From Malacoraja senta (Eukaryota): a stretch of 64,000 nucleotides of DNA. Of the stretch, positions 1 to 12,607 are shown piece after piece (the first letter of the stretch is position 1; each line of letters starts with the position of its first letter). A program made the position numbers and the translations under genes. Below the pieces are notes generated by a model. The model saw nothing but the letters and a program-made list of their open reading frames with translations, did no database searches and was not told where the DNA came from. The stretch lies in NCBI GenBank assembly GCA_038087875.1, contig CM075992.1, positions 9,612,001-9,676,000 on the forward strand, read 5' to 3'.

Positions 1-757
1 TGAATGGCGGAGTAGACTCAATGGGCAGATTAGCCTCATTCTGCTCCTCGAATTTATGATCTGCTAAACATATTATTTTAAAGTTTCCAAACTCTGGGGG
101 AGAGGATCGCCACAAATTCAGCGGGTCTGTGTAAACACTAGTTGTAGGAATTGTAGCAAAAGATGCACAGAGTGGCTATTACTAAAGAGGAATTGGAAAA
201 CGTGTGAACGGGATGCAACGCTGACACTTTGCACAGAGTCCCGGAGAGAGTGGGAGTTCCCGAGGAGCTGGTGTAATTCTGGTTGGAAAGGGGTTAAATG
301 TGCGGCTCCCAAGCCGGGTGCCGAGATGGGGGTTTCCCGCTGAGTTACTCCAGCATTTAGTGTCTATATTCGGTGTAAACCGGCATCTGCAGTTCCTTCC
401 TACACATGCTGGTTATTGCTCCTATTAATCGAAAAGCAGAAACGCGGGGGTAAAAACTGAAACAGCTTTTAGAACATAGAACAGTCCAGCACAGGAACAG
501 GCCCTTCGGCCCACAATGTCTGTGCCGACCACGATGGAAAAAACAACTCTCCTCTCGCTGCCTGCACATGATCCAAATCCCTCCATTCCCTGCATAACCG
601 TGTATCTATCCTAAAGCCTCTTAAACACCACTATTGCATCTCCCTCCACCACCACCCCCGGCAGCATGTTCTAGGCGCCCACCACCCTCTGTGTAGAAAA
701 ACTTGCCCGCACATCTCCTTTAAGCTTTACCCCCACCCCCCACTTTAAACCTCTGTC

Positions 758-850
758 AGTCTGAAGAAGGGTTTCGACCCGAAACGTTGCCCATTTCCTT
801 CGCTCCATAGATGCTGCCGCACCCGCGGAGTTTCTCCAGCATTTTTGTCC
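758..850 (+). repeat. Penelope pLTR-derived short repeat with minimal hammerhead-like core
   Basis: gtCTGAAGAagggtttcgacccGAAACgttgc followed by gatgctgcc...gagtttctccagcatttttg; same unit as the 3' end of the Penelope element at 23206-23435. Confidence 0.7.
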
Positions 851-885
851 ATCCTCTAATATTTGACGTTCTCGGCTTGGAAAAG

Positions 886-1132
886 GTTCATAAGTTCTAG
901 GATTAGAATTAGGCCATTCGGCCCATCAAGACCACTCCACCATTCAAACATTGCTGATCTATCTCTCCCTCTCAATCCCATTCTCCTGCCTTCTCCCCAT
1001 AACCCCTGACACCCGTACTAATCAAGAATCTATCTATCTCTGCCTTAAATATATCCATTGACTTGGCTTCCACAGCCTTCTGTGGCAAATAATTCCACCG
1101 ACTAAATAAATTCCTCCTCATCTCCTTCCTAA
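886..1132 (-). mobile_element. CR1-like LINE 3' end fragment
   Basis: Reverse complement of the CR1 3' ORF2/UTR motif (gccattcggcccatc...ctgatctatctctccc...ccacagccttctgtggc) seen many times in the window. Confidence 0.75.
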
Positions 1133-1519
1133 CGGCTCATCTGTCTGTCTGCCCTATGTATGCCTCTCATAATTGCATACAATTCTATCGGGTTTCCCGT
1201 CGATCTCCGACGCTTCAGAGAAAACAATTTAATTTTAAGAACCGCATTTTACCGATAAATTAATAAACCAAGCAAATTTCAACTTGTTGACCTAATGATT
1301 AGTTAATGTCAACAGTTGCAGTATTTAGTCTGAATATTGTTTTACTACATATGTAATGTCGCTACTGTATGGAATATTTAAAAATGCATGGTCTTGGTCA
1401 GAGTGCACGGAAACAGGCCTTTCCACCCGGCTCATTCATGCCAACCAGCATGCCCCATCTACATGCCCTTATACCTTAATTTTCCTAATAGAGAGATATA
1501 ACATCGTAATTTAGTTCTG

Positions 1520-2163
1520 TGTATAAAATCATGAGAGGAATAGATCGGGTAAACACACAGAATCTCGTGTTCGGAGTAGGGGAATCGAGGACCAGAGGAC
1601 ATGAAGGTGAGGGGAGGAGGAAAGGATGAATAGGAACCAGAGGGGTAACTTTTTTACACAGAGGTTGGTGGGTATATTAGGATTAAGGGAAAATCCTTTA
1701 GGACCGAGATGAGAAAAACATTTTTCACACAGAGAGTGGTGAATCTCTGGAACTCTCTGCCACAGAAGGTAGTTGAGGCCAGTTCATTGGCTATATTTAA
1801 GAGGGAGTTAGATGTGGCCCTTGTGGCTAAAGGGATCAGGGGGTATGGAGAGAAGGCAGCTACAGGATACTGAGTTGGATGATCAGCCATGATCATATTG
1901 AATGGCGGTGCAGGCTCGAAGGGCCGAATGGCCTACTCCTGCACCTATTTTCTATGTTTCTATATGGAACAAGCTGCCAGAGGAGGCCGTTGAGGCAGGG
2001 ACTATTGCAATGTTTAAGAAACAATTAGACAGGTACATGGATAGGACAGGTTTGGAGGTGTCGGGCCAAACGCAGGTAGGTGGGACTAGTGTAGGTGGGA
2101 CATGTTGGCCGGTGTGGGCACGTTGGGCTGAGGGGCCTGTTTCCACACTGTATCACTCTATGG
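1520..2163 (+). mobile_element. Older CR1 3' fragment interrupted by a young CR1 3' fragment (about 1678-1960)
   Basis: Inner piece encodes ...NLWNSLPQKVVEASSLAIFKRELD and ends in a tttctatg tail; tatat occurs on both sides of it; the outer piece resumes at ggaacaagctgccagagg. Confidence 0.8.
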
Positions 2164-2425
2164 CATTCATCAGCTCACTCAGACGTAGTATAATAGCAGG
2201 CAGACATGAGAGGAATCCGTCAAGGTCGATCCAGGTTTGGATTTGGAGTCGGAGACATAGAGCATGGTAATAGGCCCTTCAGCCCACCGAGTCCCTGCCG
2301 TTCATCAACCACCCTGACTAAATACATTTCTTCTCGCCTCCTTTCTGAAAATATGTATTTTTATTCTGAGCCCATGGCCTCTGGTCCTAGACTCTCCCAC
2401 CAGTGGAAACATCCTCTACACCACT

Positions 2426-2706
2426 GGCACGGTGGCGCAGCGATATAGTTGCTGCCTGACAGAGACCCATGTTCGATTCTGATTACGGGTGCTGTCTGTA
2501 CGGAGTTTGTACATTCCCCCCCCGCGACCGTGCGGGTTTTCTCCGGGTGCTTCAGTTTCCTCCCACACTCCAAAGACGTACATGTTCGTAGGTTATTCGG
2601 CTTGGGTATAAATGTAAATTGTTCCTAGTGTGTGTAGGGGACTGTGAATGTGCGGGGGTCGCTGGTCGACTCGGTGGGCCGAAGGGCCTGTAATCTGTAA
2701 ACTAAA
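2426..2706 (+). mobile_element. HE1-type tRNA-derived V-SINE
   Basis: tRNA-like head ggcacggtggcgcagcg...gttcgattc; V-domain ggagtttgtacattc...tttcctcccacactccaaagac; CR1-like tail gggccgaagggcctgt...taaactaaa. Confidence 0.85.
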
Positions 2707-3082
2707 CCTCTTTCGTTTTGTATCCCGGGGTGCTGGGTGGAGGTGGGATTCCTCCGGTGGTCGGAGGAAATAAGGGACATACCTGGACTGCACCATTATT
2801 AATTCAACATAGTGGGATCCAGAGGGTTTAAGAGTGACACAGACACACACAGACGTTGGCCAGCGCGGACACAGAACAAGGCGCTTCCATTCACCGTATA
2901 AACACAAGAGACCACTCAGGAGGAACACCGGGTTAACAGCAAACACTTCACCCTTCATCGAAAGTGTAGAAAAGAAAGACCCGTAGCTGGTGGAAATCTA
3001 AAATTAAACCAGAAAAAGCCCCAACACACCCACTCACTCACTCAGCCAGCCAGTCAGCACTTGTGAAATGAGACATCGAGTT

Positions 3083-3282
3083 NNNNNNNNNNNNNNNNNN
3101 NNNNNNNNNNNNNNNNNNNNNNNNNNNNNNNNNNNNNNNNNNNNNNNNNNNNNNNNNNNNNNNNNNNNNNNNNNNNNNNNNNNNNNNNNNNNNNNNNNNN
3201 NNNNNNNNNNNNNNNNNNNNNNNNNNNNNNNNNNNNNNNNNNNNNNNNNNNNNNNNNNNNNNNNNNNNNNNNNNNNNNNNNN
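3083..3282. other. Assembly gap (200 N)
   Basis: Run of N. Confidence 1.
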
Positions 3283-3286
3283 AACA

Positions 3287-3700
3287 CAGGCTGATCTATC
3301 TCTCCCTCCCTAACCCCCATTCTCCTGTTCTTCAACCTCTGACTGATCAAGAATCTATCTATCTATGCCTTAAAAATATCCATTGAATCAGCCTCTACAT
3401 CCATCAGCGCAAGCATTTCCACAGACTCACCACCCTCTGACTAAAGAAATTCCTCCTCATCTCCTTCCTAAATGTATGCCCTTTTATTCTGAGGCTGTGT
3501 CCTCTGATCCTAGACTCTCCCACTAGTGGAAACATCTTCTCCACATCCACTCTATCCAGGCCTTTCACTATTCGCTAAGTTTCCATGAGTTCCCCATCAT
3601 TCTTCTATACTTCAGCGAGTACAGGCCCAGTGCCGTCAAATGCTCATCATAGGTTAACCCACTCGTTCCTGGGATCATTCTTTGAAACATCCTCTCCAAA
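3287..3700 (-). mobile_element. CR1 LINE 3' fragment
   Basis: Antisense of the CR1 ORF2 C-terminus (ctagactctcccactagtggaaac...ccactctatccaggcc). Confidence 0.75.
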
Positions 3701-4459
3701 GCCAGATCCTCATAAAAAGACACTGACCATTCAACTTATTACTGTCCTTCATGATTGTATGAACCTCTAAGGTCACCCCCTCATCCTCACACGTTCCAGG
3801 GACAACACTATAACCAATCTCTTCTTCCCGACGTGCCGCGCGGTAGAAGTTCATCCCGAGGTGTGGCGGCCCATTGCTGACATCAGGCCTGGCTCGCTGC
3901 CATGGGACCAGGACCCCACCCGGAGAGGGAACTTGGCGAGTCCGGCCCCCCTGCTTGCCCCGTGGATCAGAGAGGAGGGATGGGTGGGAGGGCCAGTGAG
4001 CAGACCGGCTGCGGGAGGGAGTGCACGGCCTCGACGGGGGAGTGGGCCGCTGGAGGGCCTGCAGCAGCCTGGGGCTTGGCTGGACCGGGCTCCGCTCCAA
4101 GAGGCCGAGCACGTGGGCCGCGGTGGTGGAGCAGCGGCGGAGGACACCACGGCTACGCTTGGCCAGGCCGAACCTGCAACGTCGCCATGATAACGGGCCT
4201 TCACGGTCAGGTCAAGATCCCTGCACTTACAACAACTGGGACTTGAAAATGGCGACTCTGTAGACTGTCTCAGTGTACTACTGCTGTACACTTGTACTGT
4301 ATCTGAGATGCTGATCTAAGATGTGTCTGAGTGGTTATTAGTTTAGTTTACTTTAGTGCTGATGTATAGTGCTGGTACATGTGACAAATAAAGTGCTATT
4401 GAAATAACTCCAGCGCTCCAGTCCCAGCAACAGCTTTGTGAATCTTTTCTGCACCCTCT

Positions 4460-4792
4460 CTTCGACCGTCCCGGGCCGCGGAGTTCGAACCGGCCCGTTC
4501 GGATTCAGCCGCGGGACTTACTTACCATCACCCGGCGGGTCACTACAAGGGAGGCCTGGATCACCTCAGCGCAGAGGGAGAGCAAGGAGGGAAGAGACAT
4601 GGACTTGGGATTTTTTGCCTTCCATCACAGTGAGGAGGTGCCTGGTGGACTCACTTGGTGGATGTTAAACTGTGTTGAGTGTGTGTTTTTGTTATTTATT
4701 CTATGTTATGATTGCAGGCTAAACCATTTTGTTGCACTGAAAAGTGCAATGACAATAAAATTGAATCGGAATCGGAATCGGAATCTGAATCA
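4460..4792 (+). repeat. GC-rich non-autonomous retro-element with a gacaataaa + (aatcgg)n tail
   Basis: Shares a gccttcc.tcacagtg...ggatgtt block and a tgacaataa end with 18880-19719. Confidence 0.45.
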
Positions 4793-5089
4793 CATCCTAT
4801 AATAAGGTGACCAGAAGTGTACACAATGCTCCAAGTACAGTCTCAGCATGATCCTATTTCCACGTTATGTCACGTGACTTCCCAACTTGTCAGGTTACTG
4901 GTTGTGCTCTGCCCATTGTACTCTCATGCTTTTGAGTGATAGTTTGGTAGAGATTGTTTCACAGGGCAAAGTGTTGAGGTCTCAAGCCTAGGTCTTCAGT
5001 GAGAATGGTTCTGTGGTGGAGTTAATGGTTTCTACACTTGCTTAATGGAGTAGCTGAATTTACAGAGGGTTCTCCAGAGTTTAGATTGG

Positions 5090-5388
5090 TTTAGTTTAGT
5101 TTAGAGATAAAACATGGAAACAGCCCTTCAGCCCACCGAGTCTGTGCCGATCGCCAATGACTGAACACTAGTTCTATCCTACACGCTAGGGACAATTTTT
5201 CCAGAGTCAATTAATCTACAAACCTGTACATCTTTGGAATGTGGGAGGAAACAGGAGCACCCAGAGAAAATCTATATTGGTCACGGGGAGAACATACAAT
5301 CTCTGTACAGGCAGCATCTGGAGTCAGGATGGAACCCGGGTCTCTGGCGCTGAGAGGCAGCAACTCTACCGCTGCGCCACCGTGCCGC
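5090..5388 (-). mobile_element. HE1-type V-SINE
   Basis: Reverse complement of head, V-domain and (taaac)n tail. Confidence 0.85.
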
Positions 5389-5404
5389 ACCCTATTGTTG
5401 GGTT

Positions 5405-5620
5405 CTTATCTAAATGGAGAATTTAATGTTCATACCGCTGGGTTGTAAGTTGCCCAAGCGAAATATGAGGTGCTGTTCCTCCAGTTTGCATGCAGTCTCA
5501 CTCTGACAGTGGAGGAGGCCCAGGACTGAAAAGTCAGCGTGGGAATGGGAAGGGGAGTTAAAATGGTTAGCAACTAGGAGATCCAGCAGGCCTTGGCGGA
5601 CCGAGCGCAGGTGTTTGATC
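5405..5620 (-). mobile_element. Penelope GIY-YIG C-terminal fragment
   Basis: ORF 5410..5643 VANHFNSPSHSH...LEEQHLIFRLGNLQPSGMNI matches the C-terminus of ORF 23520..24374. Confidence 0.8.
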
Positions 5621-5974
5621 TGTTCTTTGCTGGGTGCCATCAATCAAAATGGATTGTGAAAAGATATTCAAAATCAGGATGTGTTTTGACAAAGTAAATA
5701 AAGGGAAGCTGTCTCCACCAGCAGGAAGGTGGGGGCTCCCCCGGGCACCGAGTGAAGGTATTTGGCAAAGGAACCAGAAAGCAGATGAGGAAGTCAAATT
5801 TCATGCAGCTCCTTATGATCAGAATCGCTGGATTTAAAATCAAAGCATGGTAACAGAAGAGTAGGCGGCCATTCAGCCCTATAGATCCATGCCGGCCCCC
5901 TGCAGGAGAGATGGAGGTATTCCCATTCCGCTCCCCTGTTCCAGAAAACCTGTAATTAATTTCCTTTCAACCAT

Positions 5975-6275
5975 TAGGGCCTCGCAGCGGTAGAATGGAA
6001 GCTTTACAGCGCTTGCAGCACCAGAGACCCAGGTTCGATCCCGCCTGTACGGAGTTTGTACATTCTCCCCATGACTGTGTGGGTTTTCTCCGAGATCTTC
6101 GGTTTCCTCCCACACTCCAAAGATGTACAGGTTTGCAGGTCAATTGGCTTGGAAAAAGTGTAAATTATCCCTAGTGCATGTAGGACAGTGTTAATGTGTG
6201 GGGATCGCTGGTCAGTGCGGACTCGGTGGGCCGAAGGGCCTGTTTCAGTGCTGTATTTCTAAACCAAACTAAATA
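5975..6275 (+). mobile_element. HE1-type V-SINE
   Basis: B-box ggttcgatcc, V-domain, taaac tail. Confidence 0.8.
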
Positions 6276-6404
6276 CTGAATCCAACATATTCACAGAGTC
6301 ATAGTCATAGAGCATGGAAACTAGCCTTGGGGCCCAACATGTCCACACCAACCAAATTACCCCATCCAAGCTCGCCCCATTTGCCTGGATTAGGGCCTTG
6401 TCTC

Positions 6405-7461
6405 ACTAAACCTTTCATTAAAGGAATTAACGGGTCCTTATCAGAATGGCAGGCAGTAACTAGTGGGGTGCTGCAAGGCTCAGTGCTGGGATCCCAGTTA
6501 TTTCCAATAAATATGAACGATTTAGACAAAGGAATTAAATGCAAGATCTCCAAGTTGCGGATGACACAAAGCTGGGTGGTAGTGTGAGCTGCGAGGAGGA
6601 TGCTATGAGGCTGCAGGGTGACTTGGATAGTTTGGGTGAGTGGGCAGATACATGGCAAATGTAGTATAATTTGGATAAATGTGAGGTTATCCACTTTGGT
6701 GGCAAGAACAAGGCAGATTATTATCTGAATGGTGTCAGATTACAAAAATGGGGAGGTGCAACAAGACCAGGATACCCTTGTACAGTCACTGAAAGTAAGC
6801 ATGCAGGTACAGCAGGCAGTGATGAAAGCAAATGGCATGTTGCCTTCATAGCGTGAGGATTTGAGTATAGGAGCAACAAGGTCCTTCTGCAGTTGTACAG
6901 GGCCCTGTGGAGACCACACCTGTAGTATTGTGTGTAATTTTGATCTCCTAATTTGAGGAAGAACATTCTTGCTATTGAGGGAGTTCACCAAGTAAATTCC
7001 CAGGATGGCGGAACTGACATATGATGAAAGTATGGATCGACTGGGCTTGTATTCATTGGAATTTAGAAGGATGAGAGGGCATCTTATAGAAACATATAAA
7101 ATTCTTAATTGATTGGACAGGCTAGATGCAGGAAAAATGTTCCCGATGTTGGGAAGTCCAGAACCAGGGGTCACAATTTAAGAAACAAGGGGTAGGCCAT
7201 TTAGGACTGAGATGAGGAAAAACGTTTTCACGCAGAGAGTTGTGAATCTGTGGAATTCTCTGCCACAGAAGACAGTGGAAGCCAATTCACTGGATGTTTT
7301 CAAGAGAGAGTTAGATATGCCTCTTTGGGCTAACGGAATGAAGGGGTATGGGGAAAAAGCAGGAACGGATGATCAGCCATGATCATATTGAATTGTGGTG
7401 GTGGCTCGAAGGGCCGAATGGCCTACCATTGCACTATTTTCTATGTTTCTATGTTTCTATG
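6405..7461 (+). mobile_element. CR1 LINE 3' portion (decayed RT C-terminus + 3' UTR)
   Basis: VTSGVLQGSVLG and KCEVIHFG motifs across frameshifts; (tttctatg)n tail. Confidence 0.9.
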
Positions 7462-8321
7462 AGAATGAGGAAAGGAATGAAATGACACCATCAAAACTAA
7501 TCAAGTCAGAGCTCTAGTCTAGTCAAATATAGTCTGATATATAACGTCTAATTTATTTCTGCACAAACATTTTGATGCTTTTTGAGATTGTAGAATTATT
7601 ACAGCTTGGTCAGCCCCTTGAGCCTATCATCATCATCATCATCATCATGGTTGAAAACATAAATGGGCACGGTGCCTTACAATGCTATGTACGACAGTGA
7701 TCGCAACTGCTACTGAAGTGTGGATGGCCGTTGGCTCGCTAGGAGCTCATCCGCCCTTTGACAGATCTTGTTTTTGGTCCTGCTGGGGGTCCACAGCCCC
7801 TTCCTCACCTGGCAAACCAGGTGGGGGAGACGGTTTAGTTGCCGACTATCCGACCATGGAGCAGGTAGCACGGGGTGACATGGTACCCGTGGCGGGAGTG
7901 TCTCTCCCCGACCTGACCTACACCTCTGGAGTAAAATCCCATTCCTTCACTACTGTAAGTTTTATTTTTTAAATGTTTATCTACTTTTGTTTGAGAAACT
8001 CATGCTTGAATCTTTATCCACCACAAATGGGCAGTGCATTTCAGATCATAACTGCTTGCCATCTTTGAAAAGGACTATCTCCTCGATCTTCTTGAATCTT
8101 TTTGCTCCATTTGACCTCTGGACCATCCTGCTATATACAATCTCTGAATTAGCTAAGCCTCTAATATTTGCATTGCTTAGTTTTGCTGCTGGCTGTGTGG
8201 TGTCTACAGGGGAAACAGGCCATATTTACAAAGCCAATCATTAAATGAAGATTTATGCATAAAGTGGTCTCTGCTTCTCCTAAGAATGCTCCAGTTACAC
8301 TGAACAGCAATTTAAAACCAA

Positions 8322-9165
8322 CCAGACTAAGTGGGACCCGTTGGGACAGCTCGGCAAGTGGAAAAGGGATTTATTAAAGCTTAAAATGTGAATAACGCTT
8401 AAAATATAACAGCAATTTAAACGTTAAAGATGAGATTTGTTCAGTGCATTCTTTCTTGTTGCGTTCTGCAGCCGGGCAGGAGGTGTGGGCGGGGGTGTGT
8501 GGGTGTAAGGGTGTGTGAGTGGGGGTGGAGGGGGGTGTGTGGGCATGGGGGGGGGTGTGGGGTGGGGGTGTGTGGGGGCGGGGGGAGAGCTCGGAGAAAA
8601 GACGGGGGTTGTGGGGGGTATCACGGGGGAGGGGGGCAGGAGCCAGCGAGGGGGACCAGAGGGAAGGGGCTGGAGCGGACTCACAACGGTTGCTGGACTG
8701 CTGGTCGCTGGTCGGTGGTTGCTGGTCGCTGGTCGCTGGACGTTCTTCTTCACCGGGATCAGATTCTCCGCTTTCCGTTTGGCGACATCTCCTGCGCCGG
8801 GCCGGGCTGTTTCCTCCTAAAATTGTGTCCGGTTGGAAATATGCGGTGGCCAGCCACAGCTCCAGTAAAGACGTGATGACGCAGGAAGGGGTGGACCGTC
8901 CCGCGGAGTGACGGGAGAAAAGACCAATCCACGCGGCGCTGAACGGCAGGAGAGGAGATCGATCTGCGCATGCGCGGTTTTTATGATTTTTAAACCTCAC
9001 TAATGTTTACATTAGACCACCGATCGGAAAGAAACTTGGTGCAATTGCAGCACTGGAGAACGGTAAGCTGGCGAAAAATCGTAGCGCTATCGCGTAACAT
9101 TTTAGTGCAAATAGAATGTCTGCGCAACAGAAGGTAACAAGATGAGAGCTTTAGTTATGTATAGA
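8322..9165 (-). mobile_element. Probable non-autonomous Helitron
   Basis: Minus strand starts TCTATACATAACTAAAG and ends ...cccaacgggtcccacttagtCTGG followed by T (TC...CTRR with a partial subterminal hairpin); no TSD; (tagata)n next to the 5' end. Confidence 0.5.
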
Positions 9166-9574
9166 ATAAGAATATAGAATTGAATATAATAGACTAGATG
9201 GATAGATATAGATATAGATATAGAAGAAGATATTTGAAATTCTGGCTTCAGGGTGTCTCCCATTTGGTTGGATCTGTAGCCATCATGCCCACATGAAAGC
9301 CATCATGTGTGTCGGTAAAGATGGGGAAAGAGAGCTCTAAACAATTAGAACATTTAAGTGGTGAATCTGTGGAATTCATTGCCACAGAATGCTGTGGAGG
9401 CCAAGTCAATGGATATTTTTTGGGCCGAATGGGCCTAATTCTGCTCTTATCATTTATGAATTGATGAACAATGAAAGAGTCAGAAACAGGCCCATGCACA
9501 GGCTGAGTTGAGGGATTTCCGTGATACGTGGTGAGCTGATGGTGATCTGGTGTGAGACTGGGTTTCAGTTTAGG

Positions 9575-9985
9575 TTAGTTTAGTTTAGTTTAGTTCAGTT
9601 TATTGTCACGTGTACTGAGGTACAGTGAAAAGCTTTTGTTGTGTGCTATCCAGTCAGTGGAAAGACAATACATGATTACAATCGAGCTGTCCACAGTATA
9701 CAGATACATGATGAAGGGAATAACGTTTAGTGCAAGATAAAGTCCAGTAAGGTCCGATTAAAGATAGTCCGAGGATCTCCAATGAGGTAGATGGGAGGTC
9801 AGGACTGGTCTCAAGTTGTTGACAGGATGGTTCAGTTGTCTGATAACAGCTGGGAAGAAACTGTCCCTGAATCTGGTTGTGTGCGTTTTCACACTTCTTG
9901 CCTGATGGGAGAGGGGAGAAGAGGGAGTGACCGGGGTGAGACTGGTCCTTGGGAGAGGCAAGGGCACAAGGCCATGAGTGCTGGC
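9575..9985 (-). mobile_element. Rex1/Babar-type LINE 3' fragment
   Basis: HPGHSLFSPLPSG and TTRFRDSFFPAVIRQLN; 3' end gtacacgtgacaataaa + (ctaaa)n. Confidence 0.75.
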
Positions 9986-10602
9986 ACCACCTTCTCTCAG
10001 TTACATCCTGGGCATTGTCATTGCAATGGGCTTCAGTGTGCCCACAGTGTATTGGGCAGACCGATGCAGGCACTCTCTCAGTGGGCAAGAAGCCGGTGAA
10101 CAGAAATGACTGAAGATTGAAAATACCCTGAAGAAGGGTCTCGACCCGAAACGTCACCCATTCCTTCTCTCCAGAGATGCTGCCTGACCCACTGAGTTAC
10201 TCCAGCATTTTACATCTATCTTAGGATTAGGACTTGTTCAGTTTGGTTCACCTTAAACCTATGTTCTCCAGTCTTAGATACCTTCACCAGGGTGAACTGG
10301 TTCCTTATATCTGTCCTATCTATATCCCTCATGATTCTGTCTATCTCAGTCTATCAGGTAGACAAAAATGCTGGAGAAACTCAGCGGGTGAGGCAGCATC
10401 TATGGAGCGAAGGAATAGGTGACGTTTCGGGTCGAGACCCTTCTTCTCCTACCCTCTATCAGGTACTCTCTCAGCCTCCTCTGCTTCAAGGAAACAAATG
10501 CAGCCTATCCAGTCTTTCCTCATATGTGGAACATTCTATCCTAGGTGAATCTGGGGAATCTCCTCTGCACCTTCTCCAGCGAAATCACTTTTTTCCATAG
10601 TG

Positions 10603-10900
10603 AGTTAGTATAGTTTAGTGACACGGCGCGGATACAGGCCCTTCGGCCCACCGAGTCCGCACCGACCAGCAAACTCCACACACTAACACTATCCTACACA
10701 CACTAGGGAAATTTACAATTACACCAAGCCAATTAACCTACAAACCTTTGGAGCGTGGGAGGAAACCGAAGACCCGGAGAAAACCCGCGCAGGTCACGGG
10801 GAGAACGTACAAACTCCGTACAGACAGCACCTGTAGTCAAGATGGAACCCGGGTCTCTGGCGCTGTGAGGCAGCAACTCTACCGCTGCGCCACCGTGCCG
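10603..10900 (-). mobile_element. HE1-type V-SINE
   Basis: Full head, V-domain and tail on the minus strand. Confidence 0.85.
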
Positions 10901-11215
10901 GCCAAACCTGAACTCCCAGGTCAATTTGTTCCTCAATGCTACCTCCATCTCTAACTTTCTGAGTATATATCCTACCCTAATATTAACCTGTAAAATAGTA
11001 AGATTAAATGAGAACTTACCAGTTTGAAGTTTGATCTTTATTTTATGAGGAGTTACGATGATCGATTACGTGAAGAACCCCGCCAGTCCGCATGCGCGTC
11101 AATCTTCAAAGCAGCGGTGTGAAATCACAGATAACAGTAATTGAAATAACATAGTAAGATTAGAAAACTAGAACTAGCAGATGACCTTTGTGATATGAGG
11201 GTTGGGAGCAGTGGG

Positions 11216-11328
11216 CACGTAATCGCTCATCGTAACTCCTCATAAAATAAAGATCAAACTTCAAACTGGTAAGTTTTCGTTTAATCTTACTATTTTACTT
11301 CGGAGTCACGTGAGTGATTCCATGAAGA
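11216..11328 (+). repeat. DIRS internal complementary region (ICR)
   Basis: 11216-11298 is the reverse complement of 10990-11072 and 11291-11328 is the reverse complement of 16138-16175; the two parts overlap at tattttac. Confidence 0.92.
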
Positions 11329-11506
11329 TTTCAAAGCTCTGTGATTTCATGCCGTGTATACGAATCCAGGCGTCTCACACGGCATCAGTTGACCCAGGAT
11401 GAGTGAATAATAAACAATGCATTGAAACATGGCATAGATTTTGAACATGTTGATGCTTTAATTAACAAACGAAAAACAATAACAACCCCTCTCTCCCAGG
11501 GGGAAG

Positions 11507-12485
11507 CTATGAAACAGAACCAAAAATGGAATGGGCGAATACCCCCAGTGTCGTAAGAGGTTTATTATAGAACCTCTGAAATGTCAGTTCATTTGACCAT
11601 CCTGCGGCCGCGAGGATATGGTCGAGAGGGACGACCAGTGCCCTCGCTGCTGACGTTGATGCTGCCCTGGTGGAGTGAGATTTAAAAATGTCAGTGACTA
11701 CTCCTGCACAAACCAGAACCTGTTTCAGCCATCTTGAAATGGTCTGTACCGACACCTTCTTATGCGGCTTTTTGTGACTGATAAATAACGCTAACTCCGA
11801 GCCTCTGAGGCTCTTGGTGATCTTGATATATTCCTGTAAGTGCGTAACTACACACAACCGCAAATCCGTGGGGTATGCCGTAAAAATAAGCTTGAACCCA
11901 GACACCCTTGTTCTGCTCTGCTTAATTAAATCATAAATGTAAAACGTTATGTTATGACGTTATGACACCATCCTGTCCAGTCGCAGCTTCTGCAACGCCT
12001 GGATCCGTTGCGCTGAAATCAGCGCCATGAGCATGACCACCTTTAGAGTGATTTTGAGCAAAGACAGGGATGTGGCTGGAGCCCACTGGCGAAGCAGCGT
12101 GAGTACTACGCGCACATCCCAGATTTCCGAGTACCTGGGCTTGGGGGGATTAGAGTTAAAAATACCCTTTATGAACCGGGATATTAAAGGGTGAGATCTA
12201 ACAGAGTGTGGTTCCGATCCTAGCCATAAGTACGCTGATAAGGCACTCCTGGCACTATTGATGGCACTATAGCTTAACCCCTCATCAAAATATAGCGTTA
12301 AAAGAAATTCCAACACATCTGAGATGCGTGTCGTGTAATATGCTATGTTCCCCCGTAAGCAAAACACCTCCCATTTCTTGACATGGGAGATGTCTTTTGG
12401 TACTATCCCTCCAAGCTGCAGTGATGACATCCACGGTACGATCGGATAGTCCGAGCCCCAGGTATGGCCTCCTCAGAATCTGCAA
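11507..12485 (-). pseudogene. DIRS tyrosine recombinase ORF (frameshifted/stopped)
   Basis: AAWRDSTK...WEVFC...YSAINSARSALS core-binding region; ALISAQR and FKSHSTRAASTS...AAGWS...FQRFYNK catalytic motifs; split over ORFs 12285..12485, 11960..12430 and 11507..11905. Confidence 0.9.
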
Positions 12486-12607
12486 ATCAATAGATAAATA
12501 CGATCATGCAATGGGTGTTTCTCTCCAGTCACAGGGTGCACCAGTAGGTTACTGCGTTTAGGGACAGTCATAAGAGGCTGTGTTATTATTCCCAAAACGA
12601 GTGGAAA

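Noticed and set aside
3054..3350. ORFs spanning N-runs (also 27732-28160)
   Set aside because: Artefacts of the assembly gaps.
7627..7930. Possible unclassified retro-element with an (atc)n end
   Set aside because: Single occurrence in the window with no ORF, TSD or recognisable head, so it cannot be supported.
8374..9000. 208-aa Pro/His-rich ORF and overlapping ORFs
   Set aside because: Low-complexity G/C runs inside a repeat; open in several frames; no domain motifs.
11507..12430. Phage integrase or bacterial contamination
   Set aside because: The recombinase is ORF3 of a DIRS retrotransposon, flanked by vertebrate SINEs and with one nested inside the element.
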